This document shows positions 12,051-27,000 of a DNA stretch of 64,000 nt, one piece after another. The number at the start of each line of letters is the position of its first letter. The first letter of the stretch is position 1. The position numbers and the translations under genes were made by a program. Below the pieces are notes generated by a model. That model was not told the DNA's origin. It did no database searches and saw only the letters and a program-made list of their open reading frames with translations. This DNA is from Yuukianura sp. NJ FZ-2021 (lineage: Eukaryota), in NCBI GenBank assembly GCA_046563655.1, contig CM102287.1:1860001-1924000 (forward strand). Direction: 5' to 3'.

Positions 12051-15000
12051 TCCTTATGCATCAAATACCGGTCCACTTTGTCGTACTGCATCAACGACAA
12101 AATCATCCAGTGAACCACATGTTGTCAGGGTTCATCTTTGAGCACAAACGAGAAGTGCCGGTGAAATGTCGAGCTTGCCCTCACTCCAGATACCAACCAG
12201 GAGTTCTCACTTTGATACTAGTAATCACGATCACTCAGTTGCCTATGGAATTTCAGGAAATATTCGATTATAACACTTTCCAAATAAAAATTGAACATTC
12301 ACCATTATTTGCAATTATTGGTTGGAATTTTCAAGGAATACTTTTGTATGTTTTACTAACATCGTTCACTTCAAATAAAGGACATCTTAATAACTTGTGT
12401 CCAAAAACAGTGCGAAATTCTATTTTAGCACAACTCTACTATGCAACAAGTGCATAAATCTAATAGCCATTTAGGTTTAACTAATGGGTGAACTATACAA
12501 CAAAGCCTGAAACACTAAAACATGGAATTTACCTTTGTTACCGTTGATAACCATCTTTATCTTATGCATCAAATACCGGTCCACTTTGTCGTACTGCATC
12601 AACGACAAAATCACCCAGTGAACCACATGTTGTCAGGGTTCATCTTTGAGCACAAACGAGAAGTGCCGGTGAAATGTCGAGCTTGCCCTCACTCCAGATA
12701 CCAACCAGGAGTTCTCACTTTGATACTAGGAATCACGATCACTCAGTTGCCTATGGAATTTCAGGGAATATTCGATTATAACACTTTCCAAATAAAAATT
12801 GAACATTCACCATTATTTGCAATTATTGGTTGGAATTTTCAAGAAATACTTTTGTATGTTTTACTAACATCGTTCACTTCAAATAAAGGACATCTTAATA
12901 ACTTGTGTCCAAAAACAATCCGAAATTTTATTTTAGCACAACTTTACTATGCAACAAGTGCATAAATCTAACAGTCATTTAGGTTTAACTAAGTGGTGAA
13001 CTATACAACAAAGCCTGAAACACTAAAACATGGAATTTACCTTTGTTACCGTTGATAACCATCTTTATCTTATGCATCAAATACCGGTCCACTTTGTCGT
13101 ACTGCATCAACGACAAAATCATCCAGTGAACCACATGTTGTCAGGGTTCATCTTTGAGCACAAACGAGAAGTGCCGGTGAAATGTCGAGCTTGCCCTCAC
13201 TCCAGATACCAACCAGGAGTTCTCACTTTGATACTAGGAATCACGATCACTCAGTTGCCTATGGAATTTCAGGGAATATTCGATTATAACACTTTCCAAA
13301 TAAAAATTGAACATTCACCATTATTTGCAATTATTGGTTGGAATTTTCAAGAAATACTTTTGTATGTTTTACTAACATCGTTCACTTCAAATAAAGGACA
13401 TCTTAATAACTTGTGTCCAAAAACAGTGCGAAATTCTATTTTAGCACAACTCTACTATGCAACAAGTGCATAAATCTAATAGCCATTTAGGTTTAACTAA
13501 TGGGTGAACTATACAACAAAGCCTGAAACACTAAAACATGGAATTTACCTTTGTTACCGTTGATAACCATCTTTATCTTATGCATCAAATACCGGTCCAC
13601 TTTGTCGTACTGCATCAACGACAAAATCACCCAGTGAACCACATGTTGTCAGGGTTCATCTTTGAGCACAAACGAGAAGTGCCGGTGAAATGTCGAGCTT
13701 GTCCTCACTCCAGATACCAACCAGGAGTTCTCACTTTGATACTAGGAATCACGATCACTCAGTTGCCTATGGAATTTCAGGGAATATTCGATTATAACAC
13801 TTTCCAAATAAAAATTGAACATTCACCATTATTTGCAATTATTGGTTGGAATTTTCAAGAAATACTTTTGTATGTTTTACTAACATCGTTCACTTCAAAT
13901 AAAGGACATCTTAATAACTTGTGTCCAAAAACAATCCGAAATTTTATTTTAGCACAACTTTACTATGCAACAAGTGCATAAATCTAACAGTCATTTAGGT
14001 TTAACTAAGTGGTGAACTATACAACAAAGCCTGAAACACTAAAACATGGAATTTACCTTTGTTACCGTTGATAACCATCTTTATCTTATGCATCAAATAC
14101 CGGTCCACTTTGTCGTACTGCATCAACGACAAAATCATCCAGTGAACCACATGTTGTCAGGGTTCATCTTTGAGCACAAACGAGAAGTGCCGGTGAAATG
14201 TCGAGCTTGCCCTCACTCCAGATACCAACCAGGAGTTCTCACTTTGATACTAGGAATCACGATCACTCAGTTGCCTATGGAATTTCAGGGAATATTCGAT
14301 TATAACACTTTCCAAATAAAAATTGAACATTCACCATTATTTGCAATTATTGGTTGGAATTTTCAAGAAATACTTTTGTATGTTTTACTAACATCGTTCA
14401 CTTCAAATAAAGGACATCTTAATAACTTGTGTCCAAAAACAATCCGAAATTTTATTTTAGCACAACTTTACTATGCAACAAGTGCATAAATCTAACAGTC
14501 ATTTAGGTTTAACTAAGTGGTGAACTATACAACAAAGCCTGAAACACTAAAACATGGAATTTACCTTTGTTACCGTTGATAACCATCTTTATCTTATGCA
14601 TCAAATACCGGTCCACTTTGTCGTACTGCATCAACGACAAAATCATCCAGTGAACCACATGTTGTCAGGGTTCATCTTTGAGCACAAACGAGAAGTGCCG
14701 GTGAAATGTCGAGCTTGCCCTCACTCCAGATACCAACCAGGAGTTCTCACTTTGATACTAGGAATCACGATCACTCAGTTGCCTATGGAATTTCAGGGAA
14801 TATTCGATTATAACACTTTCCAAATAAAAATTGAACATTCACCATTATTTGCAATTATTGGTTGGAATTTTCAAGAAATACTTTTGTATGTTTTACTAAC
14901 ATCGTTCACTTCAAATAAAGGACATCTTAATAACTTGTGTCCAAAAACAATCCGAAATTTTATTTTAGCACAACTTTACTATGCAACAAGTGCATAAATC

Positions 15001-18000
15001 TAACAGTCATTTAGGTTTAACTAAGTGGTGAACTATACAACAAAGCCTGAAACACTAAAACATGGAATTTACCTTTGTTACCGTTGATAACCATCTTTAT
15101 CTTATGCATCAAATACCGGTCCACTTTGTCGTACTGCATCAACGACAAAATCATCCAGTGAACCACATGTTGTCAGGGTTCATCTTTGAGCACAAACGAG
15201 AAGTGCCGGTGAAATGTCGAGCTTGCCCTCACTCCAGATACCAACCAGGAGTTCTCACTTTGATACTAGGAATCACGATCACTCAGTTGCCTATGGAATT
15301 TCAGGGAATATTCGATTATAACACTTTCCAAATAAAAATTGAACATTCACCATTATTTGCAATTATTGGTTGGAATTTTCAAGAAATACTTTTGTATGTT
15401 TTACTAACATCGTTCACTTCAAATAAAGGACATCTTAATAACTTGTGTCCAAAAACAATCCGAAATTCTATTTTAGCACAACTTTACTATGCAACAAGTG
15501 CATAAATCTAACAGTCATTTAGGTTTAACTAAGTGGTGAACTATACAACAAAGCCTGAAACACTAAAACATGGAATTTACCTTTGTTACCGTTGATAACC
15601 ATCTTTATCTTATGCATCAAATACCGGTCCACTTTGTCGTACTGCATCAACGACAAAATCATCCAGTGAACCACATGTTGTCAGGGTTCATCTTTGAGCA
15701 CAAACGAGAAGTGCCGGTGAAATGTCGAGCTTGCCCTCACTCCAGATACCAACCAGGAGTTCTCACTTTGATACTAGGAATCACGATCACTCAGTTGCCT
15801 ATGGAATTTCAGGGAATATTCGATTATAACACTTTCCAAATAAAAATTGAACATTCACCATTATTTGCAATTATTGGTTGGAATTTTCAAGAAATACTTT
15901 TGTATGTTTTACTAACATCGTTCACTTCAAATAAAGGACATCTTAATAACTTGTGTCCAAAAACAATCCGAAATTCTATTTTAGCACAACTTTACTATGC
16001 AACAAGTGCATAAATCTAACAGTCATTTAGGTTTAACTAAGTGGTGAACTATACAACAAAGCCTGAAACACTAAAACATGGAATTTACCTTTGTTACCGT
16101 TGATAACCATCTTTATCTTATGCATCAAATACCGGTCCACTTTGTCGTACTGCATCAACGACAAAATCACCCAGTGAACCACATGTTGTCAGGGTTCATC
16201 TTTGAGCACAAACGAGAAGTGCCGGTGAAATGTCGAGCTTGCCCTCACTCCAGATACCAACCAGGAGTTCTCACTTTGATACTAGGAATCACGATCACTC
16301 AGTTGCCTATGGAATTTCAGGGAATATTCGATTATAACACTTTCCAAATAAAAATTGAACATTCACCATTATTTGCAATTATTGGTTGGAATTTTCAAGA
16401 AATACTTTTGTATGTTTTACTAACATCGTTCACTTCAAATAAAGGACATCTTAATAACTTGTGTCCAAAAACAATCCGAAATTTTATTTTAGCACAACTT
16501 TACTATGCAACAAGTGCATAAATCTAACAGTCATTTAGGTTTAACTAAGTGGTGAACTATACAACAAAGCCTGAAACACTAAAACATGGAATTTACCTTT
16601 GTTACCGTTGATAACCATCTTTATCTTATGCATCAAATACCGGTCCACTTTGTCGTACTGCATCAACGACAAAATCATCCAGTGAACCACATGTTGTCAG
16701 GGTTCATCTTTGAGCACAAACGAGAAGTGCCGGTGAAATGTCGAGCTTGCCCTCACTCCAGATACCAACCAGGAGTTCTCACTTTGATACTAGGAATCAC
16801 GATCACTCAGTTGCCTATGGAATTTCAGGGAATATTCGATTATAACACTTTCCAAATAAAAATTGAACATTCACCATTATTTGCAATTATTGGTTGGAAT
16901 TTTCAAGAAATACTTTTGTATGTTTTACTAACATCGTTCACTTCAAATAAAGGACATCTTAATAACTTGTGTCCAAAAACAATCCGAAATTCTATTTTAG
17001 CACAACTTTACTATGCAACAAGTGCATAAATCTAACAGTCATTTAGGTTTAACTAAGTGGTGAACTATACAACAAAGCCTGAAACACTAAAACATGGAAT
17101 TTACCTTTGTTACCGTTGATAACCATCTTTATCTTATGCATCAAATACCGGTCCACTTTGTCGTACTGCATCAACGACAAAATCACCCAGTGAACCACAT
17201 GTTGTCAGGGTTCATCTTTGAGCACAAACGAGAAGTGCCGGTGAAATGTCGAGCTTGCCCTCACTCCAGATACCAACCAGGAGTTCTCACTTTGATACTA
17301 GGAATCACGATCACTCAGTTGCCTATGGAATTTCAGGGAATATTCGATTATAACACTTTCCAAATAAAAATTGAACATTCACCATTATTTGCAATTATTG
17401 GTTGGAATTTTCAAGAAATACTTTTGTATGTTTTACTAACATCGTTCACTTCAAATAAAGGACATCTTAATAACTTGTGTCCAAAAACAATCCGAAATTT
17501 TATTTTAGCACAACTTTACTATGCAACAAGTGCATAAATCTAACAGTCATTTAGGTTTAACTAAGTGGTGAACTATACAACAAAGCCTGAAACACTAAAA
17601 CATGGAATTTACCTTTGTTACCGTTGATAACCATCTTTATCTTATGCATCAAATACCGGTCCACTTTGTCGTACTGCATCAACGACAAAATCATCCAGTG
17701 AACCACATGTTGTCAGGGTTCATCTTTGAGCACAAACGAGAAGTGCCGGTGAAATGTCGAGCTTGCCCTCACTCCAGATACCAACCAGGAGTTCTCACTT
17801 TGATACTAGGAATCACGATCACTCAGTTGCCTATGGAATTTCAGGGAATATTCGATTATAACACTTTCCAAATAAAAATTGAACATTCACCATTATTTGC
17901 AATTATTGGTTGGAATTTTCAAGAAATACTTTTGTATGTTTTACTAACATCGTTCACTTCAAATAAAGGACATCTTAATAACTTGTGTCCAAAAACAATC

Positions 18001-21000
18001 CGAAATTTTATTTTAGCACAACTTTACTATGCAACAAGTGCATAAATCTAACAGTCATTTAGGTTTAACTAAGTGGTGAACTATACAACAAAGCCTGAAA
18101 CACTAAAACATGGAATTTACCTTTGTTACCGTTGATAACCATCTTTATCTTATGCATCAAATACCGGTCCACTTTGTCGTACTGCATCAACGACAAAATC
18201 ATCCAGTGAACCACATGTTGTCAGGGTTCATCTTTGAGCACAAACGAGAAGTGCCGGTGAAATGTCGAGCTTGCCCTCACTCCAGATACCAACCAGGAGT
18301 TCTCACTTTGATACTAGGAATCACGATCACTCAGTTGCCTATGGAATTTCAGGGAATATTCGATTATAACACTTTCCAAATAAAAATTGAACATTCACCA
18401 TTATTTGCAATTATTGGTTGGAATTTTCAAGAAATACTTTTGTATGTTTTACTAACATCGTTCACTTCAAATAAAGGACATCTTAATAACTTGTGTCCAA
18501 AAACAATCCGAAATTTTATTTTAGCACAACTTTACTATGCAACAAGTGCATAAATCTAACAGTCATTTAGGTTTAACTAAGTGGTGAACTATACAACAAA
18601 GCCTGAAACACTAAAACATGGAATTTACCTTTGTTACCGTTGATAACCATCTTTATCTTATGCATCAAATACCGGTCCACTTTGTCGTACTGCATCAACG
18701 ACAAAATCATCCAGTGAACCACATGTTGTCAGGGTTCATCTTTGAGCACAAACGAGAAGTGCCGGTGAAATGTCGAGCTTGCCCTCACTCCAGATACCAA
18801 CCAGGAGTTCTCACTTTGATACTAGGAATCACGATCACTCAGTTGCCTATGGAATTTCAGGGAATATTCGATTATAACACTTTCCAAATAAAAATTGAAC
18901 ATTCACCATTATTTGCAATTATTGGTTGGAATTTTCAAGAAATACTTTTGTATGTTTTACTAACATCGTTCACTTCAAATAAAGGACATCTTAATAACTT
19001 GTGTCCAAAAACAATCCGAAATTTTATTTTAGCACAACTTTACTATGCAACAAGTGCATAAATCTAACAGTCATTTAGGTTTAACTAAGTGGTGAACTAT
19101 ACAACAAAGCCTGAAACACTAAAACATGGAATTTACCTTTGTTACCGTTGATAACCATCTTTATCTTATGCATCAAATACCGGTCCACTTTGTCGTACTG
19201 CATCAACGACAAAATCACCCAGTGAACCACATGTTGTCAGGGTTCATCTTTGAGCACAAACGAGAAGTGCCGGTGAAATGTCGAGCTTGCCCTCACTCCA
19301 GATACCAACCAGGAGTTCTCACTTTGATACTAGGAATCACGATCACTCAGTTGCCTATGGAATTTCAGGGAATATTCGATTATAACACTTTCCAAATAAA
19401 AATTGAACATTCACCATTATTTGCAATTATTGGTTGGAATTTTCAAGAAATACTTTTGTATGTTTTACTAACATCGTTCACTTCAAATAAAGGACATCTT
19501 AATAACTTGTGTCCAAAAACAATCCGAAATTTTATTTTAGCACAACTTTACTATGCAACAAGTGCATAAATCTAACAGTCATTTAGGTTTAACTAAGTGG
19601 TGAACTATACAACAAAGCCTGAAACACTAAAACATGGAATTTACCTTTGTTACCGTTGATAACCATCTTTATCTTATGCATCAAATACCGGTCCACTTTG
19701 TCGTACTGCATCAACGACAAAATCATCCAGTGAACCACATGTTGTCAGGGTTCATCTTTGAGCACAAACGAGAAGTGCCGGTGAAATGTCGAGCTTGCCC
19801 TCACTCCAGATACCAACCAGGAGTTCTCACTTTGATACTAGGAATCACGATCACTCAGTTGCCTATGGAATTTCAGGGAATATTCGATTATAACACTTTC
19901 CAAATAAAAATTGAACATTCACCATTATTTGCAATTATTGGTTGGAATTTTCAAGAAATACTTTTGTATGTTTTACTAACATCGTTCACTTCAAATAAAG
20001 GACATCTTAATAACTTGTGTCCAAAAACAATCCGAAATTTTATTTTAGCACAACTTTACTATGCAACAAGTGCATAAATCTAACAGTCATTTAGGTTTAA
20101 CTAAGTGGTGAACTATACAACAAAGCCTGAAACACTAAAACATGGAATTTACCTTTGTTACCGTTGATAACCATCTTTATCTTATGCATCAAATACCGGT
20201 CCACTTTGTCGTACTGCATCAACGACAAAATCATCCAGTGAACCACATGTTGTCAGGGTTCATCTTTGAGCACAAACGAGAAGTGCCGGTGAAATGTCGA
20301 GCTTGCCCTCACTCCAGATACCAACCAGGAGTTCTCACTTTGATACTAGGAATCACGATCACTCAGTTGCCTATGGAATTTCAGGGAATATTCGATTATA
20401 ACACTTTCCAAATAAAAATTGAACATTCACCATTATTTGCAATTATTGGTTGGAATTTTCAAGAAATACTTTTGTATGTTTTACTAACATCGTTCACTTC
20501 AAATAAAGGACATCTTAATAACTTGTGTCCAAAAACAATCCGAAATTCTATTTTAGCACAACTTTACTATGCAACAAGTGCATAAATCTAACAGTCATTT
20601 AGGTTTAACTAAGTGGTGAACTATACAACAAAGCCTGAAACACTAAAACATGGAATTTACCTTTGTTACCGTTGATAACCATCTTTATCTTATGCATCAA
20701 ATACCGGTCCACTTTGTCGTACTGCATCAACGACAAAATCATCCAGTGAACCACATGTTGTCAGGGTTCATCTTTGAGCACAAACGAGAAGTGCCGGTGA
20801 AATGTCGAGCTTGCCCTCACTCCAGATACCAACCAGGAGTTCTCACTTTGATACTAGGAATCACGATCACTCAGTTGCCTATGGAATTTCAGGGAATATT
20901 CGATTATAACACTTTCCAAATAAAAATTGAACATTCACCATTATTTGCAATTATTGGTTGGAATTTTCAAGAAATACTTTTGTATGTTTTACTAACATCG

Positions 21001-24000
21001 TTCACTTCAAATAAAGGACATCTTAATAACTTGTGTCCAAAAACAATCCGAAATTTTATTTTAGCACAACTTTACTATGCAACAAGTGCATAAATCTAAC
21101 AGTCATTTAGGTTTAACTAAGTGGTGAACTATACAACAAAGCCTGAAACACTAAAACATGGAATTTACCTTTGTTACCGTTGATAACCATCTTTATCTTA
21201 TGCATCAAATACCGGTCCACTTTGTCGTACTGCATCAACGACAAAATCATCCAGTGAACCACATGTTGTCAGGGTTCATCTTTGAGCACAAACGAGAAGT
21301 GCCGGTGAAATGTCGAGCTTGCCCTCACTCCAGATACCAACCAGGAGTTCTCACTTTGATACTAGGAATCACGATCACTCAGTTGCCTATGGAATTTCAG
21401 GGAATATTCGATTATAACACTTTCCAAATAAAAATTGAACATTCACCATTATTTGCAATTATTGGTTGGAATTTTCAAGAAATACTTTTGTATGTTTTAC
21501 TAACATCGTTCACTTCAAATAAAGGACATCTTAATAACTTGTGTCCAAAAACAATCCGAAATTTTATTTTAGCACAACTTTACTATGCAACAAGTGCATA
21601 AATCTAACAGTCATTTAGGTTTAACTAAGTGGTGAACTATACAACAAAGCCTGAAACACTAAAACATGGAATTTACCTTTGTTACCGTTGATAACCATCT
21701 TTATCTTATGCATCAAATACCGGTCCACTTTGTCGTACTGCATCAACGACAAAATCATCCAGTGAACCACATGTTGTCAGGGTTCATCTTTGAGCACAAA
21801 CGAGAAGTGCCGGTGAAATGTCGAGCTTGCCCTCACTCCAGATACCAACCAGGAGTTCTCACTTTGATACTAGGAATCACGATCACTCAGTTGCCTATGG
21901 AATTTCAGGGAATATTCGATTATAACACTTTCCAAATAAAAATTGAACATTCACCATTATTTGCAATTATTGGTTGGAATTTTCAAGAAATACTTTTGTA
22001 TGTTTTACTAACATCGTTCACTTCAAATAAAGGACATCTTAATAACTTGTGTCCAAAAACAATCCGAAATTCTATTTTAGCACAACTTTACTATGCAACA
22101 AGTGCATAAATCTAACAGTCATTTAGGTTTAACTAAGTGGTGAACTATACAACAAAGCCTGAAACACTAAAACATGGAATTTACCTTTGTTACCGTTGAT
22201 AACCATCTTTATCTTATGCATCAAATACCGGTCCACTTTGTCGTACTGCATCAACGACAAAATCATCCAGTGAACCACATGTTGTCAGGGTTCATCTTTG
22301 AGCACAAACGAGAAGTGCCGGTGAAATGTCGAGCTTGCCCTCACTCCAGATACCAACCAGGAGTTCTCACTTTGATACTAGGAATCACGATCACTCAGTT
22401 GCCTATGGAATTTCAGGGAATATTCGATTATAACACTTTCCAAATAAAAATTGAACATTCACCATTATTTGCAATTATTGGTTGGAATTTTCAAGAAATA
22501 CTTTTGTATGTTTTACTAACATCGTTCACTTCAAATAAAGGACATCTTAATAACTTGTGTCCAAAAACAATCCGAAATTCTATTTTAGCACAACTTTACT
22601 ATGCAACAAGTGCATAAATCTAACAGTCATTTAGGTTTAACTAAGTGGTGAACTATACAACAAAGCCTGAAACACTAAAACATGGAATTTACCTTTGTTA
22701 CCGTTGATAACCATCTTTATCTTATGCATCAAATACCGGTCCACTTTGTCGTACTGCATCAACGACAAAATCATCCAGTGAACCACATGTTGTCAGGGTT
22801 CATCTTTGAGCACAAACGAGAAGTGCCGGTGAAATGTCGAGCTTGCCCTCACTCCAGATACCAACCAGGAGTTCTCACTTTGATACTAGGAATCACGATC
22901 ACTCAGTTGCCTATGGAATTTCAGGGAATATTCGATTATAACACTTTCCAAATAAAAATTGAACATTCACCATTATTTGCAATTATTGGTTGGAATTTTC
23001 AAGAAATACTTTTGTATGTTTTACTAACATCGTTCACTTCAAATAAAGGACATCTTAATAACTTGTGTCCAAAAACAATCCGAAATTCTATTTTAGCACA
23101 ACTTTACTATGCAACAAGTGCATAAATCTAACAGTCATTTAGGTTTAACTAAGTGGTGAACTATACAACAAAGCCTGAAACACTAAAACATGGAATTTAC
23201 CTTTGTTACCGTTGATAACCATCTTTATCTTATGCATCAAATACCGGTCCACTTTGTCGTACTGCATCAACGACAAAATCATCCAGTGAACCACATGTTG
23301 TCAGGGTTCATCTTTGAGCACAAACGAGAAGTGCCGGTGAAATGTCGAGCTTGCCCTCACTCCAGATACCAACCAGGAGTTCTCACTTTGATACTAGGAA
23401 TCACGATCACTCAGTTGCCTATGGAATTTCAGGGAATATTCGATTATAACACTTTCCAAATAAAAATTGAACATTCACCATTATTTGCAATTATTGGTTG
23501 GAATTTTCAAGAAATACTTTTGTATGTTTTACTAACATCGTTCACTTCAAATAAAGGACATCTTAATAACTTGTGTCCAAAAACAATCCGAAATTTTATT
23601 TTAGCACAACTTTACTATGCAACAAGTGCATAAATCTAACAGTCATTTAGGTTTAACTAAGTGGTGAACTATACAACAAAGCCTGAAACACTAAAACATG
23701 GAATTTACCTTTGTTACCGTTGATAACCATCTTTATCTTATGCATCAAATACCGGTCCACTTTGTCGTACTGCATCAACGACAAAATCATCCAGTGAACC
23801 ACATGTTGTCAGGGTTCATCTTTGAGCACAAACGAGAAGTGCCGGTGAAATGTCGAGCTTGCCCTCACTCCAGATACCAACCAGGAGTTCTCACTTTGAT
23901 ACTAGGAATCACGATCACTCAGTTGCCTATGGAATTTCAGGGAATATTCGATTATAACACTTTCCAAATAAAAATTGAACATTCACCATTATTTGCAATT

Positions 24001-27000
24001 ATTGGTTGGAATTTTCAAGAAATACTTTTGTATGTTTTACTAACATCGTTCACTTCAAATAAAGGACATCTTAATAACTTGTGTCCAAAAACAATCCGAA
24101 ATTTTATTTTAGCACAACTTTACTATGCAACAAGTGCATAAATCTAACAGTCATTTAGGTTTAACTAAGTGGTGAACTATACAACAAAGCCTGAAACACT
24201 AAAACATGGAATTTACCTTTGTTACCGTTGATAACCATCTTTATCTTATGCATCAAATACCGGTCCACTTTGTCGTACTGCATCAACGACAAAATCATCC
24301 AGTGAACCACATGTTGTCAGGGTTCATCTTTGAGCACAAACGAGAAGTGCCGGTGAAATGTCGAGCTTGCCCTCACTCCAGATACCAACCAGGAGTTCTC
24401 ACTTTGATACTAGGAATCACGATCACTCAGTTGCCTATGGAATTTCAGGGAATATTCGATTATAACACTTTCCAAATAAAAATTGAACATTCACCATTAT
24501 TTGCAATTATTGGTTGGAATTTTCAAGAAATACTTTTGTATGTTTTACTAACATCGTTCACTTCAAATAAAGGACATCTTAATAACTTGTGTCCAAAAAC
24601 AATCCGAAATTTTATTTTAGCACAACTTTACTATGCAACAAGTGCATAAATCTAACAGTCATTTAGGTTTAACTAAGTGGTGAACTATACAACAAAGCCT
24701 GAAACACTAAAACATGGAATTTACCTTTGTTACCGTTGATAACCATCTTTATCTTATGCATCAAATACCGGTCCACTTTGTCGTACTGCATCAACGACAA
24801 AATCACCCAGTGAACCACATGTTGTCAGGGTTCATCTTTGAGCACAAACGAGAAGTGCCGGTGAAATGTCGAGCTTGCCCTCACTCCAGATACCAACCAG
24901 GAGTTCTCACTTTGATACTAGGAATCACGATCACTCAGTTGCCTATGGAATTTCAGGGAATATTCGATTATAACACTTTCCAAATAAAAATTGAACATTC
25001 ACCATTATTTGCAATTATTGGTTGGAATTTTCAAGAAATACTTTTGTATGTTTTACTAACATCGTTCACTTCAAATAAAGGACATCTTAATAACTTGTGT
25101 CCAAAAACAATCCGAAATTCTATTTTAGCACAACTTTACTATGCAACAAGTGCATAAATCTAACAGTCATTTAGGTTTAACTAAGTGGTGAACTATACAA
25201 CAAAGCCTGAAACACTAAAACATGGAATTTACCTTTGTTACCGTTGATAACCATCTTTATCTTATGCATCAAATACCGGTCCACTTTGTCGTACTGCATC
25301 AACGACAAAATCACCCAGTGAACCACATGTTGTCAGGGTTCATCTTTGAGCACAAACGAGAAGTGCCGGTGAAATGTCGAGCTTGCCCTCACTCCAGATA
25401 CCAACCAGGAGTTCTCACTTTGATACTAGGAATCACGATCACTCAGTTGCCTATGGAATTTCAGGGAATATTCGATTATAACACTTTCCAAATAAAAATT
25501 GAACATTCACCATTATTTGCAATTATTGGTTGGAATTTTCAAGAAATACTTTTGTATGTTTTACTAACATCGTTCACTTCAAATAAAGGACATCTTAATA
25601 ACTTGTGTCCAAAAACAGTCCGAAATTCTATTTTAGCACAACTTTACTATGCAACAAGTGCATAAATCTAACAGTCATTTAGGTTTAACTAAGTGGTGAA
25701 CTATACAACAAAGCCTGAAACACTAAAACATGGAATTTACCTTTGTTACCGTTGATAACCATCTTTATCTTATGCATCAAATACCGGTCCACTTTGTCGT
25801 ACTGCATCAACGACAAAATCACCCAGTGAACCACATGTTGTCAGGGTTCATCTTTGAGCACAAACGAGAAGTGCCGGTGAAATGTCGAGCTTGCCCTCAC
25901 TCCAGATACCAACCAGGAGTTCTCACTTTGATACTAGGAATCACGATCACTCAGTTGCCTATGGAATTTCAGGGAATATTCGATTATAACACTTTCCAAA
26001 TAAAAATTGAACATTCACCATTATTTGCAATTATTGGTTGGAATTTTCAAGAAATACTTTTGTATGTTTTACTAACATCGTTCACTTCAAATAAAGGACA
26101 TCTTAATAACTTGTGTCCAAAAACAATCCGAAATTTTATTTTAGCACAACTTTACTATGCAACAAGTGCATAAATCTAACAGTCATTTAGGTTTAACTAA
26201 GTGGTGAACTATACAACAAAGCCTGAAACACTAAAACATGGAATTTACCTTTGTTACCGTTGATAACCATCTTTATCTTATGCATCAAATACCGGTCCAC
26301 TTTGTCGTACTGCATCAACGACAAAATCACCCAGTGAACCACATGTTGTCAGGGTTCATCTTTGAGCACAAACGAGAAGTGCCGGTGAAATGTCGAGCTT
26401 GCCCTCACTCCAGATACCAACCAGGAGTTCTCACTTTGATACTAGGAATCACGATCACTCAGTTGCCTATGGAATTTCAGGGAATATTCGATTATAACAC
26501 TTTCCAAATAAAAATTGAACATTCACCATTATTTGCAATTATTGGTTGGAATTTTCAAGAAATACTTTTGTATGTTTTACTAACATCGTTCACTTCAAAT
26601 AAAGGACATCTTAATAACTTGTGTCCAAAAACAATCCGAAATTTTATTTTAGCACAACTTTACTATGCAACAAGTGCATAAATCTAACAGTCATTTAGGT
26701 TTAACTAAGTGGTGAACTATACAACAAAGCCTGAAACACTAAAACATGGAATTTACCTTTGTTACCGTTGATAACCATCTTTATCTTATGCATCAAATAC
26801 CGGTCCACTTTGTCGTACTGCATCAACGACAAAATCATCCAGTGAACCACATGTTGTCAGGGTTCATCTTTGAGCACAAACGAGAAGTGCCGGTGAAATG
26901 TCGAGCTTGCCCTCACTCCAGATACCAACCAGGAGTTCTCACTTTGATACTAGGAATCACGATCACTCAGTTGCCTATGGAATTTCAGGGAATATTCGAT

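Noticed and set aside
12521..13028. 508 bp as a 3 x 169 higher-order repeat
   Set aside because: The only internal echo (TGGAATTT, three times) is spaced about 231/78/199 bp, not periodically.
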